From contig CM075991.1 of assembly GCA_038087875.1 (NCBI GenBank), positions 10,604,001 to 10,668,000 of the forward strand: a stretch of DNA of 64,000 nucleotides, given 5' to 3'. A program made the position numbers and the translations under genes. Positions 53,179 through 64,000 of this stretch are shown piece after piece; position 1 is the stretch's first letter; each line of letters begins with the position of its first letter. This stretch comes from Malacoraja senta. Its lineage: Eukaryota. The notes below the pieces were generated by a model. The model saw nothing but the letters and a program-made list of their open reading frames with translations. It was not told the DNA's origin and searched no databases.

Positions 53179-56100
53179 CTGGAATGCAATTAAAGCAAGT
53201 TATTTATATTTCAGCACTGCAATTGTACATGTATGACAGTTGCCTAATGGCAAGCAGGGGAAAGGAAAGAGGAAAGACTTGGAAACAGCCAAAAATCACA
53301 CTGGAGTCTGATGTAATCGCAACTATTTTCAGGGTGTAGTCGGCAGCTCCAGAAATTCAACCACGCACCTCCATTCACACACAAACCTTTCAGTCTCAGT
53401 CTCACGTGGATGACGTTAGCAGGAAATTAGGCCACATTGCTCTAAAGGGCTGCAAACACTGAACATGTTCATAGCATGGATATTGCAGCAACAGCTCCAT
53501 TTGACAGACAACTGCCCCAGACTGCATCCCAGTCCAGCATTTTGAACCCGACTGTGTTAATTTATTGGAATATAATTTCCCCACTAAGCTGGATGATGCC
53601 TGGGCCCCATGGATATGGGGAGAAGGCAGGAGGAGGGAGAGATAGATCAGCCATGATTGAATGGCAGAGTAGACGGTGGGCCGAATGGCCTAATTCTACT
53701 CCTATCCCATATTGACCATATGACTCCAGTGAGCTCCATCTCAATCTCCGGACCAGAGGGAAAAAGGTCATTTAAAAATCTCATTTTGCAGGATGAAATC
53801 TCCATGTCCCTGAGGTTTAAATGACTGGTCCCATATCTTGTAGTTATGGCCTCTTGATCAAGACTCGCTCACAACTGAGATCATCTCGACATCTACACTG
53901 TCAAGTCTCCTTAGGGTCTTAACTTTGAATAAGGCCACCCTCATTCTTCAAGACTCCATGGCGTACAGGTCAAACTGTTTAGTTTCTTAGGACGGACCCC
54001 TCATCCCAAGAATTAGCCTGGTAAATCTATAAAGGGGGATACCATGGGCGTTTAATTTATGCACCAGCCTTATTAACACTGCCCAGTCCATCACAGGCCC
54101 TGACCTCCCCACCATCAAAGGGATCTATTGGAAGAGCTGCCTCAAAATTACAGCCAGCATCATCAGAGACCCACACCATCCTGGCCACAATCTCATTTCG
54201 CTCCAGCCACTGGGTAGAAGGTAGAGTAGCCTGAAAACTAACATCCAAGTTCAGGAGCAGCTTCTTCCCAACAACCATCAAGCTGCAGAACACTATGAAC
54301 TCCAAACTGCCTTGATCGCACTAGGGACTTGAGCATTGTTTTTTTTGTCTTTGCACTATATTGTTTGTTTATTTTGTTACATTGAACATTGAGTTGTGTA
54401 GAGAGGAACTGCAGATGCTGGTATATATTGAAGATAGGTGCAAAGTGCTGGAGTAACTCCGCCCGTCAGGCAGCATCTCTGGAGAAAAAGAATGGATAAC
54501 GGTGTGAAGAAGGGCGAGGACCTGAAACATCACCAACCCTTTTTCACCACAGACGCTGAGCTACTCCAGCACTTTGTATTTATTTTAAACGTCGTTGTTT
54601 ATTATGGTGTCTACTGAATACTATGTGCACATATCTGGTATATTGCTGCAAGTAAGAATTGTTTTCTATTTTGGGACATGTGACAATAAAACACTTGACT
54701 CTTGTGCAATACCCTGACAATAGCCTGTTGGACACCACATGGTCCCAGTCTCCTGACACCATCTCACACTACACATGATCCTCAGAAACCACAACTCTCC
54801 CAGGTCCTAATCTCTAAACTTTGTTCTCTTTCCCCAGTCCCCATACCCATGCCCTGGTCTTGCCATATTTCCCCTTCAAACACATCGCATAATGGGAGGG
54901 CAGGTTTGCAATGGGTGATCAGAATGGGTGCAACAGAAGTCTGCTACAATCAAAGCAGTCCATGGCACACCAGTCCTGGGTCATTGGAGCTCTTCTATCT
55001 AACTTTTATCCTGGAACAACCCGACTGTTCAACTTTATTTAGGTTTTTCAGTAGTGTAATCTATAAATAAGTATATAAGCTAATATAGAAAGAATTTAAC
55101 AATAACTCTTAATATTTCTTCACACTGCATTTGCAATATTTATTATGTCACTGAAGACCATTCAGCCCATTGGATCTATACCAGTTCCAAGAAAGACTGG
55201 ATAGACTCGGCTTGTACTCGCTAGAATTTAGAAGATTGAGGGGGGATCTGATAGAAACGTACAAAATTCTTAAGGGGTTGGACAGGCTAGATGCAGGAAG
55301 ATTGTTCCCGAAGTTGGGGAAGTCCAGAAGGGGTCACAGTTTAAGGATAAGGGGGAAGTCTTTTGGGACCGAGATGGGAACATTTTTTTTCACACATAGT
55401 GTGGTGAATCTGTGAAATTCTCTGCCACAGAAGGTAGTTGAGGCCAGTTCATTGGCAATATTTAGCCTTGTGGCTAAAGGGATCAGGGTGTCTGGAGAGA
55501 AGGCAGGTACAGGATACCGAGTTGGATGATCAGCCATGATCATATTGAATGGCGGTGCAGGCTCGAAGGGCCGAATGGCCTACTCCTGCACCTATTTTAT
55601 ATGTTTCTACCTCTTCTCCATAGCCTTGCAAATTATTCTCTCCATACATTCATGAACCGCCCTTCACCATTACACACAATGAGGACTAATTTACAGTAAC
55701 AACTTAACCTCCCAGCACATCTATGGATAAGGACCAGTAGTTGTGGTGGAAGGAACCCACACGATCACAGAGAGGATGTGCAGACTCCATACAATCAACA
55801 TCAGAGATCTGGATCAAACTCCAGCCATTGCAATTGAGAAGCAACAACACTAATTGCTGCAGCACTTTTCATCCCAACATTAATTGTACAGCCAAAGTGT
55901 CAAAAACTAAAGATAAGACAACCAACATTGACATGCCCACCATGTGGCAGAAATTGTACAAGCTTTAAGTTGAATATCATTACAGAAATAGGGGTGTGAT
56001 AATTACACAAAACAGTGCCATTTCCCCCCACAGTTTCATCAATTCACTTGGTGGTCATTTCACAGCTGGCTTGTTGAAGGTCAAGTTTTAACACAATGCA

Positions 56101-58089
56101 AACTTGTAAAACCACCAGACGCAGACTTGAAGAAACCCGAATCAAAAGATTTGAAATGATACAAGCCACAACTCATACATCGCGGGGTGACGCCTGTATG
56201 GTCGTGAGTAGTCGCCCAAAGAGTCGTACCTTTTTCTGGTCGCCACTGGATTTTCAACATGTTGAGAATTTTCGGCAACCTCCTGCGGCTATGATGGGTA
56301 CCGGCAAAATCGCGTAAGTGGGACAAGCCCTTAAGTGTTTAATGGGCGCATGATGGAGAATTGAAGGGTGCAGGAATCAGACATTGCAGTCATACTAGCA
56401 AATTGACAGGAGGTGTTTCAATCACAAAATGTCAAGCAGAATGCAACTTTAATCAGCAGTATAGCATAGAACATGAAAGTAGTGCAGTTGAATCACCGTT
56501 TTACTGGGAATGGATGTGTGGGGTCTAGGACTTTAGAAAGGGAAGTGGCAAAAGGATAGATTGTACAGCCTGTGTGCACAGAATGTTGGCAGGAAGAGAA
56601 GGCATTGTGGATAGAACTGGATCAGATAGAGGAGGAATAATCACCCTCCAATAATGAACGAAGCAGAGCAATGAGAAAAGGCATACGTGAAGCATAATGC
56701 TACAAGTGAAAACGCTGCAGAGCGTAGTGGGGGGGGGGGGAAGGAAAAGACGAAAACAGTGGTGGAGGAAGTCCGTGGGTCAGGCAGCATCTGTGGAAGG
56801 AACGGACAGGAGATATTTCAGGTCTTCTTCAAACTGTATGTAATGGGGGAGAAGAAAGCTGCAAAGGCAAGGCGGGGGTAGGACAAAGCCTGGCAAGCAA
56901 AAGGTGGGTGGAATAAGTGACAAAGAAGCTAAAAGAGACGAGAAATGGGATGTAAAGCCAGAGAGTGGGTATGTAGGTGTAAGGGGTCAGGAGGGGGGGT
57001 GAAAGTGAAATAGACCCAGGAATAGGATATGACAATAGACAACAGGTGCAGGAGTAGGTCATTTGGCCCTTAGATATGATCATGGCTGATCATCCCCAAT
57101 CAGTGCCCCGTTCCTGCCTTCTCCCCATATCCCCTGACCGCTATTTTTAAGAGCCCTATCTAGCTCTCTCTTGAAAGCATCCAGAGAACCTGCCTCCACC
57201 GTCCTGAGGCAGAGAATTCCACACTCACCATTCTCTGTGAGAAAAAGTGTTTCCTCGTCTCCATTCTAAATGGATATGCGTGCCCGAAGGAAAGGAAAAC
57301 AAGCACAAAATGCTGGAGAAACTCAGTGGGTTGGGCAGCATCTGGAGAGACCATGCATAAGTGATGTTTTGGATGGAGACCGCGCTTCAGACTGGCCCTA
57401 ACCCAAAAGTCACCTATCCATGTTCTCCAAAGATGTTGCCTGATCTGTTGAGTTTCGTATCTTTCCTTGGTCAACTGGTATCTGCAGTTCCTTGTTTCTA
57501 CAACCAGAAGGGTGGAATAGAATTTCACAGAAAACCCACAGGGACAAAACGCACTCTAAAAAAAACCTGTAGTCACATGGGTGACAACAGGAAACAGCAT
57601 AAACCATAGTTAGAAATCCACACAGACTACACAAGAACAGGAGTAGGTTGGACTTACACAATTTAGAGCAAGACTATGAGTATGAAATGAACTGAGGTGA
57701 CAGTTCGGCACGTATACAAGTTCAGGCAGGCAGCAGTGGAATGGGGCCCTTCAGAACTTTATGTTCAAGAGAAAAATAAACTACAGCTGGTTCCTGTCCC
57801 TATTACCCAATAGCCTCTGCTGGCAAAAGGCACGCACTTTATATTGAGATACGTAGAAAAAAACAAATCTCATTCCAATCCAAAGTAAAACAGAATATTA
57901 GTTACTACTGAAGCTCTTTGAACAGGATAAATATACTATGCTCATCATAAGAAAAGTCTCAATATTTCATCTGCAGATTAAAATACTTGGGCCAAGTTAT
58001 AGAGAAGTACAAATTAAAATATTACTTTCAAAGCAACAAATTAGAATTATTAGACATTGAGGAAACATTGAAACAGTGACATCAATCAT

Positions 58090-59405
58090 AGACACAAAAA
58101 GCTGGAGTAACTCAGCGGGTGAGGCAGCATCTCTGGAGAGAAGGAATGGGCAATGTTTTGGGTCGAGACTCTTCTTCAGAAGGGGGAGTTGAAGTGCTGA
58201 GCCACCGGGAGATCAGGTAGGTTAAGACAGACTGAGCGGAGATGTTCAGCGAAACTATCGCCAAGTCTGCGCTTAGTCTCACCGATGTACAGGAGTTGAC
58301 ACCTGGAACAGCGGATACAGTAGATGAGGTTGGAGGAGGTGCACGTGAACCTCTGCCTCACCCGGAAAGACTGTTTGTGTCCTCGGATGGAGTCAAGGGG
58401 AGGTAAAGGGACAGGTGTTGCATCTCCTGCGGTTGCAGGGGAAGTACCTAGGGGGGGGGGGGGGAGAGGGTGGTTTGGGTGGGAAGGGACGAGTTGACCA
58501 GGGAGTTTCGGAGGGAACAGTCTCTGCAGAAAGCAGAAAAGGGTGGGGATGGGAAGATGTGGCCAGTAGTTTTTGGTACGTTTAGTGTGTAGTCAGGGGG
58601 CCTAATCTTTTTGTGTGGGGGGTGGTGGGGGGGAAGGGGGAAACTGCTTTTCGAGTCCCTACCTGGTCGGAGGGGTTGCCTTCCTCCGAGCAGCGCCTTC
58701 GACCTGTCCTTGCGGCCTACCAGCGGGTCCTGGAGCGGCGTTTCCCTGGGGGACCTGGCCAGAACACCGGCTTTGGCGGCGGCGCAGAACATCGGCTTTG
58801 GCGGCGGTGCAGCGCTGGAGCGCTGTCGTGGAGCGGGCGATGCCTTTCCTGGGTCGCCGCGCTGGGACTCCAGTATGCTGGGACCACCGATGGGAACATC
58901 GTGGAGCCGCGGTTCTGTGGAGCGGCCCAGCTGCGACGCTGAACGTTACATCTCGGAGCCTGGGCGAGAATATCGGGCGCCGTGGCGGGACTGTGGAGGC
59001 CTCAGTGGGCCCGACTCTGGGTGGACAAGAGGATGGGGACTGGACTTTGTGCCTTCCCCCACAGTGGGAACCATTGTGGGGGGATGTTTTTGTGTTGAAC
59101 TTCTTTTTGAACACTATGTTGTATTTTTATTAGTGTGCTGCAAGGACATCTGAATTTCCCCTGAATAAGGGGATTAATAAAGTCTTATCTTATCTTAGTG
59201 GGATCCCGTTGGAGGTGACGAAAATGTTGAAAGATTATATGCTGTATGCGACGGCTGATGGGGTGGAAGGTGAAGACAAGGGGGACTCTGCTTTGTTACG
59301 AATGGGCCGGGGGGGGGGGGGGGGGGAGTAAGAGCTGAACACCTAGTGAGAGCCTCATCTATAATGGAAGAGGGGAACCCCTGTTTCCTAAAGAATGAGG
59401 ACATC
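58090..59405 (-). mobile_element. Penelope-like pol fragment (RT C-terminal region plus GIY-YIG), split by a nested insertion
   Basis: FTCTSSNLIYCIRCSRCQLLYIGETKRRLGDSFAEH is a GIY-YIG motif; FFRKQGFPSSIIDEAL lies upstream. Confidence 0.85.
58571..59197 (+). mobile_element. GC-rich non-LTR-type insertion with AATAAA-(ATCTT)n tail, nested in the Penelope fragment; family not identified
   Basis: Host sequence resumes across it (ccagtagt...tagtgggatccc); microsatellite tail. Confidence 0.55.
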
Positions 59406-59579
59406 AGACAAGAGGGAAGCTCTCACTGGTTAAAGAAGTGCTTTGTCCATAGATGGTTGTAGCTGTTGAAGGGTCTCGGCCTCAGAAAACCTCTCAAGTT
59501 CCCCAGAGAAACTCTTCACCTAATCATCAATTCTCATTCAACCCCTCTATCACAAAAATACTGGAGATATTTGTGATAC

Positions 59580-59885
59580 TCCTCCACGGCCAGAGTGAGC
59601 AACACCGGAAATTGGAGGAACAGCACCTCATATTCCGCTTGGGTAGTCTGCATCCTGGTGGCATGACCATTGAATTCTCACAATTCCATTAACCCTTGCT
59701 GTCTCCTCCCCTTACTACCTCTCCCTCAGCCCTCGGGCTCCTCCTCCTCCTTTTTCCTTTCTTCTCCCCGCCTCCCCCCACCCCCTATCAGTCTGAAGCA
59801 GGGTTTCGGCCCGAAACGATGCCTATCTCCTTCGCTCCATAGATGCCACTTCACCCGCTGAGTTTCTCCAGCATTTTTGTGTACT
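59580..59885 (+). mobile_element. Penelope-like 3' end fragment
   Basis: LHGQSEQHRKLEEQHLIFRLGSLHPGGMTIEFS plus a 3'UTR matching 1065-1350. Confidence 0.8.
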
Positions 59886-62800
59886 GGAGATATTTGCTGC
59901 TGATTGCAAAATGTGCAAATCCATTTGCGACTCCCCGGAAAACAGCAGCAGAATTGGGCCATTCGGCCTCTCGATAGAAGGAATGGGTAACGTTTCGGGT
60001 CGAGACCCTTCTTCGGACTGTGTGAAGAAGGGTCTCCACCCGAAACATCTGAGTCACTCCAACATTTTGTATCTTCAGTGTCAACCAGCATCTGCAGTTC
60101 CTTCCAACACAATTCCATTATCCAGATCATTAACATATAATGCAAAAAATAACAGACCAACACAAGACTTCTGCTGAACGCCAGCAGTCACCGTACGGCA
60201 ACCAGAAAAGGCCCTTATATACCCACTCTTTCCCTTCTGCCTGTCAACTAATCTTCTATATGCCTCTGATACCGTGGCCTCCTATCTTGTTTAGCAGCCT
60301 CACGTCGGCATCTTATCATAGGCCTTCTGCTTCTGCTACTCAAGTGCTTGACAAAGTCATGAAAGTCTACCTACCATGGACAATAAAAACCATTGATCGC
60401 AGAATATACCAACATAATAATCTAATAACTAACTATCAGCCACATCTGCTGCGTCATAAATCCTGCAGGAAGTGACTCAACTTTCAATTCCCCAAAGTGT
60501 CTTCAAAATATTCAAAGAGCAGTTAAGGAAACTGATGGAATACTGACCTGGGTGAAATTCAACTCCAATTACACCCACAAAGGTCAACACAATCCAAGGC
60601 CAAGTAGTTTGCTTGACCTACGCCTCATGCACCAACCCAAACATACATCCTCTGCAACCAGCGAACGACAGCACACCTACACAAAGAGCTGCAGTTTCTC
60701 AATCATGCTTCCTCCCAAGCCCACAAGATCCAGCACCAAGGACAAGGACGGCAGGTGCTTGGGAACACCTATGGCGGGGTTTGAGCAGCCGGTGAGGTGC
60801 TGCCTTACAGTCAGAGACCCGGGTTAGATCCTGACTACAGGCGCTGTCTGTACAGAATTTGTACGTTCTCCCTGTGACCGCGTGGGTTTTCCTCGGTGCT
60901 CTGGTTTCCTCTCACAATCGGAGACATGCAGGTTTGTTGGTTAATAGCCTTCTGTAAATTGATCCTAGTGTGTAGGATTGAACTATTGCAAGGGCGATTC
61001 CTGGTCAGGTCAAACTCGGTGGACCATGTTGGATCTCTAAATTTACCTAAATTTCTGCCAGGCCAAACACCACCTTCCACCTTATGTTTTCTCATTATCA
61101 CCAAGTCTAAATCCCTGACTCTCCAGCCAATGTCACTATGGGAGTACTTCACCAGAAGGACGGCAGTGATTTTACAATGCAACGCCACCACCTTGTTAAT
61201 GGCAATGAAGGCTGGCCTTGCCTGTGACACCTAGATGGTATAAATGAATGAAAAGATTTAACCTCTATTCCAATGCTGAAAGTACTAATTACTGAAGATA
61301 CACACAAAATGCTGTAGTAACTCAGCAGGCCAGGCAGCATTTCTGGCGAGAATGAAAGGGTCGAGACCGTTCTTCAGACCAGAGATGCTGCCTGTCCTGC
61401 TGAGTTACTCCAGCATTTTGTGGCTGTCTTCTGTGTATAATCAGCATCTCCAGTGAGAAAACAAAGCCCGACTCAAACGTTTCATAAACAGTTTGCAAAA
61501 TCTTCACATGGAAGAAGACTAGCAACACAAGTTGGTCAGGTGAATCTAGGCACTGGTTGCTTTACCAATGACATGCACTGAAGTAATTTACTGCATCGGC
61601 TACCCTTTCATTCCAGAAAAAAAACATTGGCAGCGAGGATAGGACATAAAGATGAGAAAGTGATCTGATAAATGAGCGGCGAATGTGGCAAGGTCACGGG
61701 TACTATCCTGCAGAAACAGATTCAGAAGCCGATCAGCTCAGCTAAATCAGACTGATCGTGGGCCAAGTTGCAGCTCTAGACGAAATGCCATCCAAAGTCT
61801 CAAAAGTAGAATACATGAACATTAAGATTTCAACTGCTGCGAAGGCGGATGATGGCTGCCACGAGGAGGGGATCTCCATTAAAAACTGTAGCTGCAGAAT
61901 ACACACCTGTTTCCCCTACACACACTCAGACAAACAGCTATCACAAAAAAGCAAACTACTGGTGAATTTAGAGACTTCATCTGAACCAAGTTGGAGCAGT
62001 CGGCAACCACCAAACCACACAAGCAAGCCTTTAAGGCACAATATCTTTAAAATGGCCATCTCGTTTCCATTAAAGCATGCGTCTTGCCACCAGTTATTTA
62101 AGCAATTCTTATTGGCAAGCAGTCGCCATCACAAACAGTGGACTGGAAATCGAGAAGGTAATTCAGAGTATGTCATTCGAGACAAACATCACAAGTTATA
62201 ATTTTCCCGTAAAAGTAATATGTATAAACCAAAACCATGGCATTCTTATAATGTTTCAAATAAATTGATCAAAATTCAGACACACTATGATCTAAAAATT
62301 GTTACTGCAACACACAAGTACACTTCCTATGATATAAAATTCTAAATAACGTATGGAGCAATCCGTCATTCCATACCATCAAAAGCTTAATGTTGTTATT
62401 TTCAACAAATGCAAACACCATAACAAAGGAAAATGGGTAACAGGCAAAGGTCATTGTAAAGTAGTCAAGATTTGTAAACGTCAGGAAGCAAACACAGCAG
62501 AAAATAATGAAGGAAGATAATTGAAACCTACAGTTTTCCTTCCTGGTGGAGGCAGAGGGAAAATGAAGGAGAGAGGTAAATTATTTTGAAGTCTATTCAT
62601 TCAACATGAAACACAAATGGGTAGTTGCAGCTGGCAAACATACTATTGCTGGGGATGGGATTCGGGGGTGGGTGAGGGTGGGGAAAGACTCTTGCAAACA
62701 TATGACCAAAAATACAGACAACAACCAAGGAATCCACATGGAGTAATCAAACACGATGCTTCACGAGTAGAGCTCCCATCTTCCCCAAAAATTGAGAAAA

Positions 62801-63310
62801 ATTGAGATTACAACCCACGTTCTGGGTTGTGGGTATAACAATCGATCAGAACAGATCGAACATCACAGAATCGGTTTATTGCCAAATGAAGGTCGTGGTT
62901 AAAATAAACCATAATACTCCAGCACTTGGTGTTTAAAAAAAATAAAATAAACAATACTTGTTCCATGAAAGAAATTGGGATCAATGATAAAGATAACTCG
63001 AGGTTTCAAAAAAAAATTTTTTTTTAAAATAGGGAAGTCTGTCCAATTGTGGGATTTTCTTTTTGCTGATAAAACTGTATTTTCAATCAACAAACGTACC
63101 AATCCAACAGAAGATTAGTGCGGCAGCTTGTCGTGTGGCGCTCTAGGAGAAGAAGGTGCAGCAGCCTCAGTAAAGACAGCAACGACAAAAAATAAAACAA
63201 GAGGTGAGGTGGAGAGAAGGAGCAGGCCCAGAGTCAGCACAGTTCAGCAGTGAAACAGGAAGAATGGAGGAGACACACTCACCCACACACATACATACAT
63301 ACATACTTAC

Positions 63311-63324
63311 AATAGGAAGCTCAT
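63311..63324 (-). CDS. MOB1A: MOB1A exon 1 coding part (ATG AGC TTC CTA TT, MSFLF)
   Basis: aaaATGagcttcctatt|gtaagt on the minus strand; 14 nt, completes the frame with exon 2. Confidence 0.9.
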
Positions 63325-64000
63325 TTTCTGCTAGTTTGTTCCACTCGAAATGGGCGGAAAAAGTCTGGGGTTATTTTTTTAAGGTTTTGAGTAGCGTAGA
63401 CATTACAATCCGATCCACTTTCGGGAGGCGGGAGGCGGGAGGTGAGTCCAGGCCTCTCTCTGCCTCTGTGTGTGTGTGTGTCTCTCCCGTCACAACTTGA
63501 CCAACTCTCTCCGCCTCAGGCCGACAAGCCTCGCGAGACCCGCCCCCCTCCCCCCCCCTCGTGGGGGAGGGACAGCGACTATGCAAATCACGCCGCTGAT
63601 CGACATCCATCCGAGCCAATCGGAGGCCGCCAATTCACGGCCGGGGCTCCAGATCCACCAATGGGAAGAGGGCGGGGGCGGGGACTGGCGGCCGGGGGGT
63701 GGGGGGGGGAAACAACCTACACTTTATTCAAAAAAACAAAATGTCTTTACTTCCCAGTGGGATAGTTTTTTTAAAACTCTCTAACCGTGAGGCGACGAAG
63801 CAAAAACAAAACAAAAAACGAGCGTCGTTGTTAAAATAAAATATATATAAAGGTTTTGATTGACATGTTGGCGAACCAATAGGCATCTTGAACGCTTCAA
63901 CCTATCAGCGGTAGGGAGAGGCGGGCTTTGTGGAAATGTTTGAGAGAATAGTAATATCTTATACAGGAAGGGTGGTTCGGTGTGTTTTTTGTGATGTTTT
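63325..64000 (-). promoter_or_regulatory. MOB1A 5'UTR and CpG-rich promoter: CCAAT boxes (63616, 63658, 63876), GC boxes (63670-63681), octamer ATGCAAAT (63581-63588)
   Basis: Motifs read directly; locally high CpG immediately upstream of exon 1. Confidence 0.7.

Noticed and set aside
58448..59153. ORFs of 150-180 aa on both strands as a gene
   Set aside because: They lie inside a nested GC-rich insertion and carry no domain motifs
45527..63324. Calling the gene MOB1B
   Set aside because: LRQAV, WIAV, DSVMQ and KLGSKDR residues and TET3 linkage fit MOB1A

Overview
Eukaryotic vertebrate genomic DNA. The repeat content (V-SINEs, CR1, Penelope-like elements) suggests a cartilaginous fish, probably a skate or ray; this is inference. 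Two convergent genes fill the window. On the + strand are the last 7 coding exons of TET3 (2559-28991), covering the Cys-rich and DSBH catalytic domain with the HxD, His and Arg residues intact, followed by a long, repeat-poor putative 3'UTR to about 38300. On the - strand is the complete 6-exon MOB1A CDS (63324 to 45527, 216 aa), with a 3'UTR of about 4.6 kb and a CCAAT/GC-box promoter at the right edge. The introns are dense in transposons: a near-complete CR1 ORF2, tRNA-derived V-SINEs, L1-like 3' ends, TTAA-flanked MITEs and many short Penelope-derived inserts. The most notable observations are: (1) a family of short, often palindromic Penelope-derived inserts with a minimal hammerhead-ribozyme-like core and 10-16 bp target-site duplications; (2) a cryptic 10-copy, about 22-aa Trp-centred repeat in the TET3 low-complexity insert; (3) a duplicated decoy copy of the splice acceptor of the HxD exon; (4) an inverted pair of young CR1 copies bracketing three TET3 catalytic exons; (5) no BOLA3 between TET3 and MOB1A. 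No alignment or database search was run. Gene identity rests on recognised protein motifs, and repeat boundaries are approximate.
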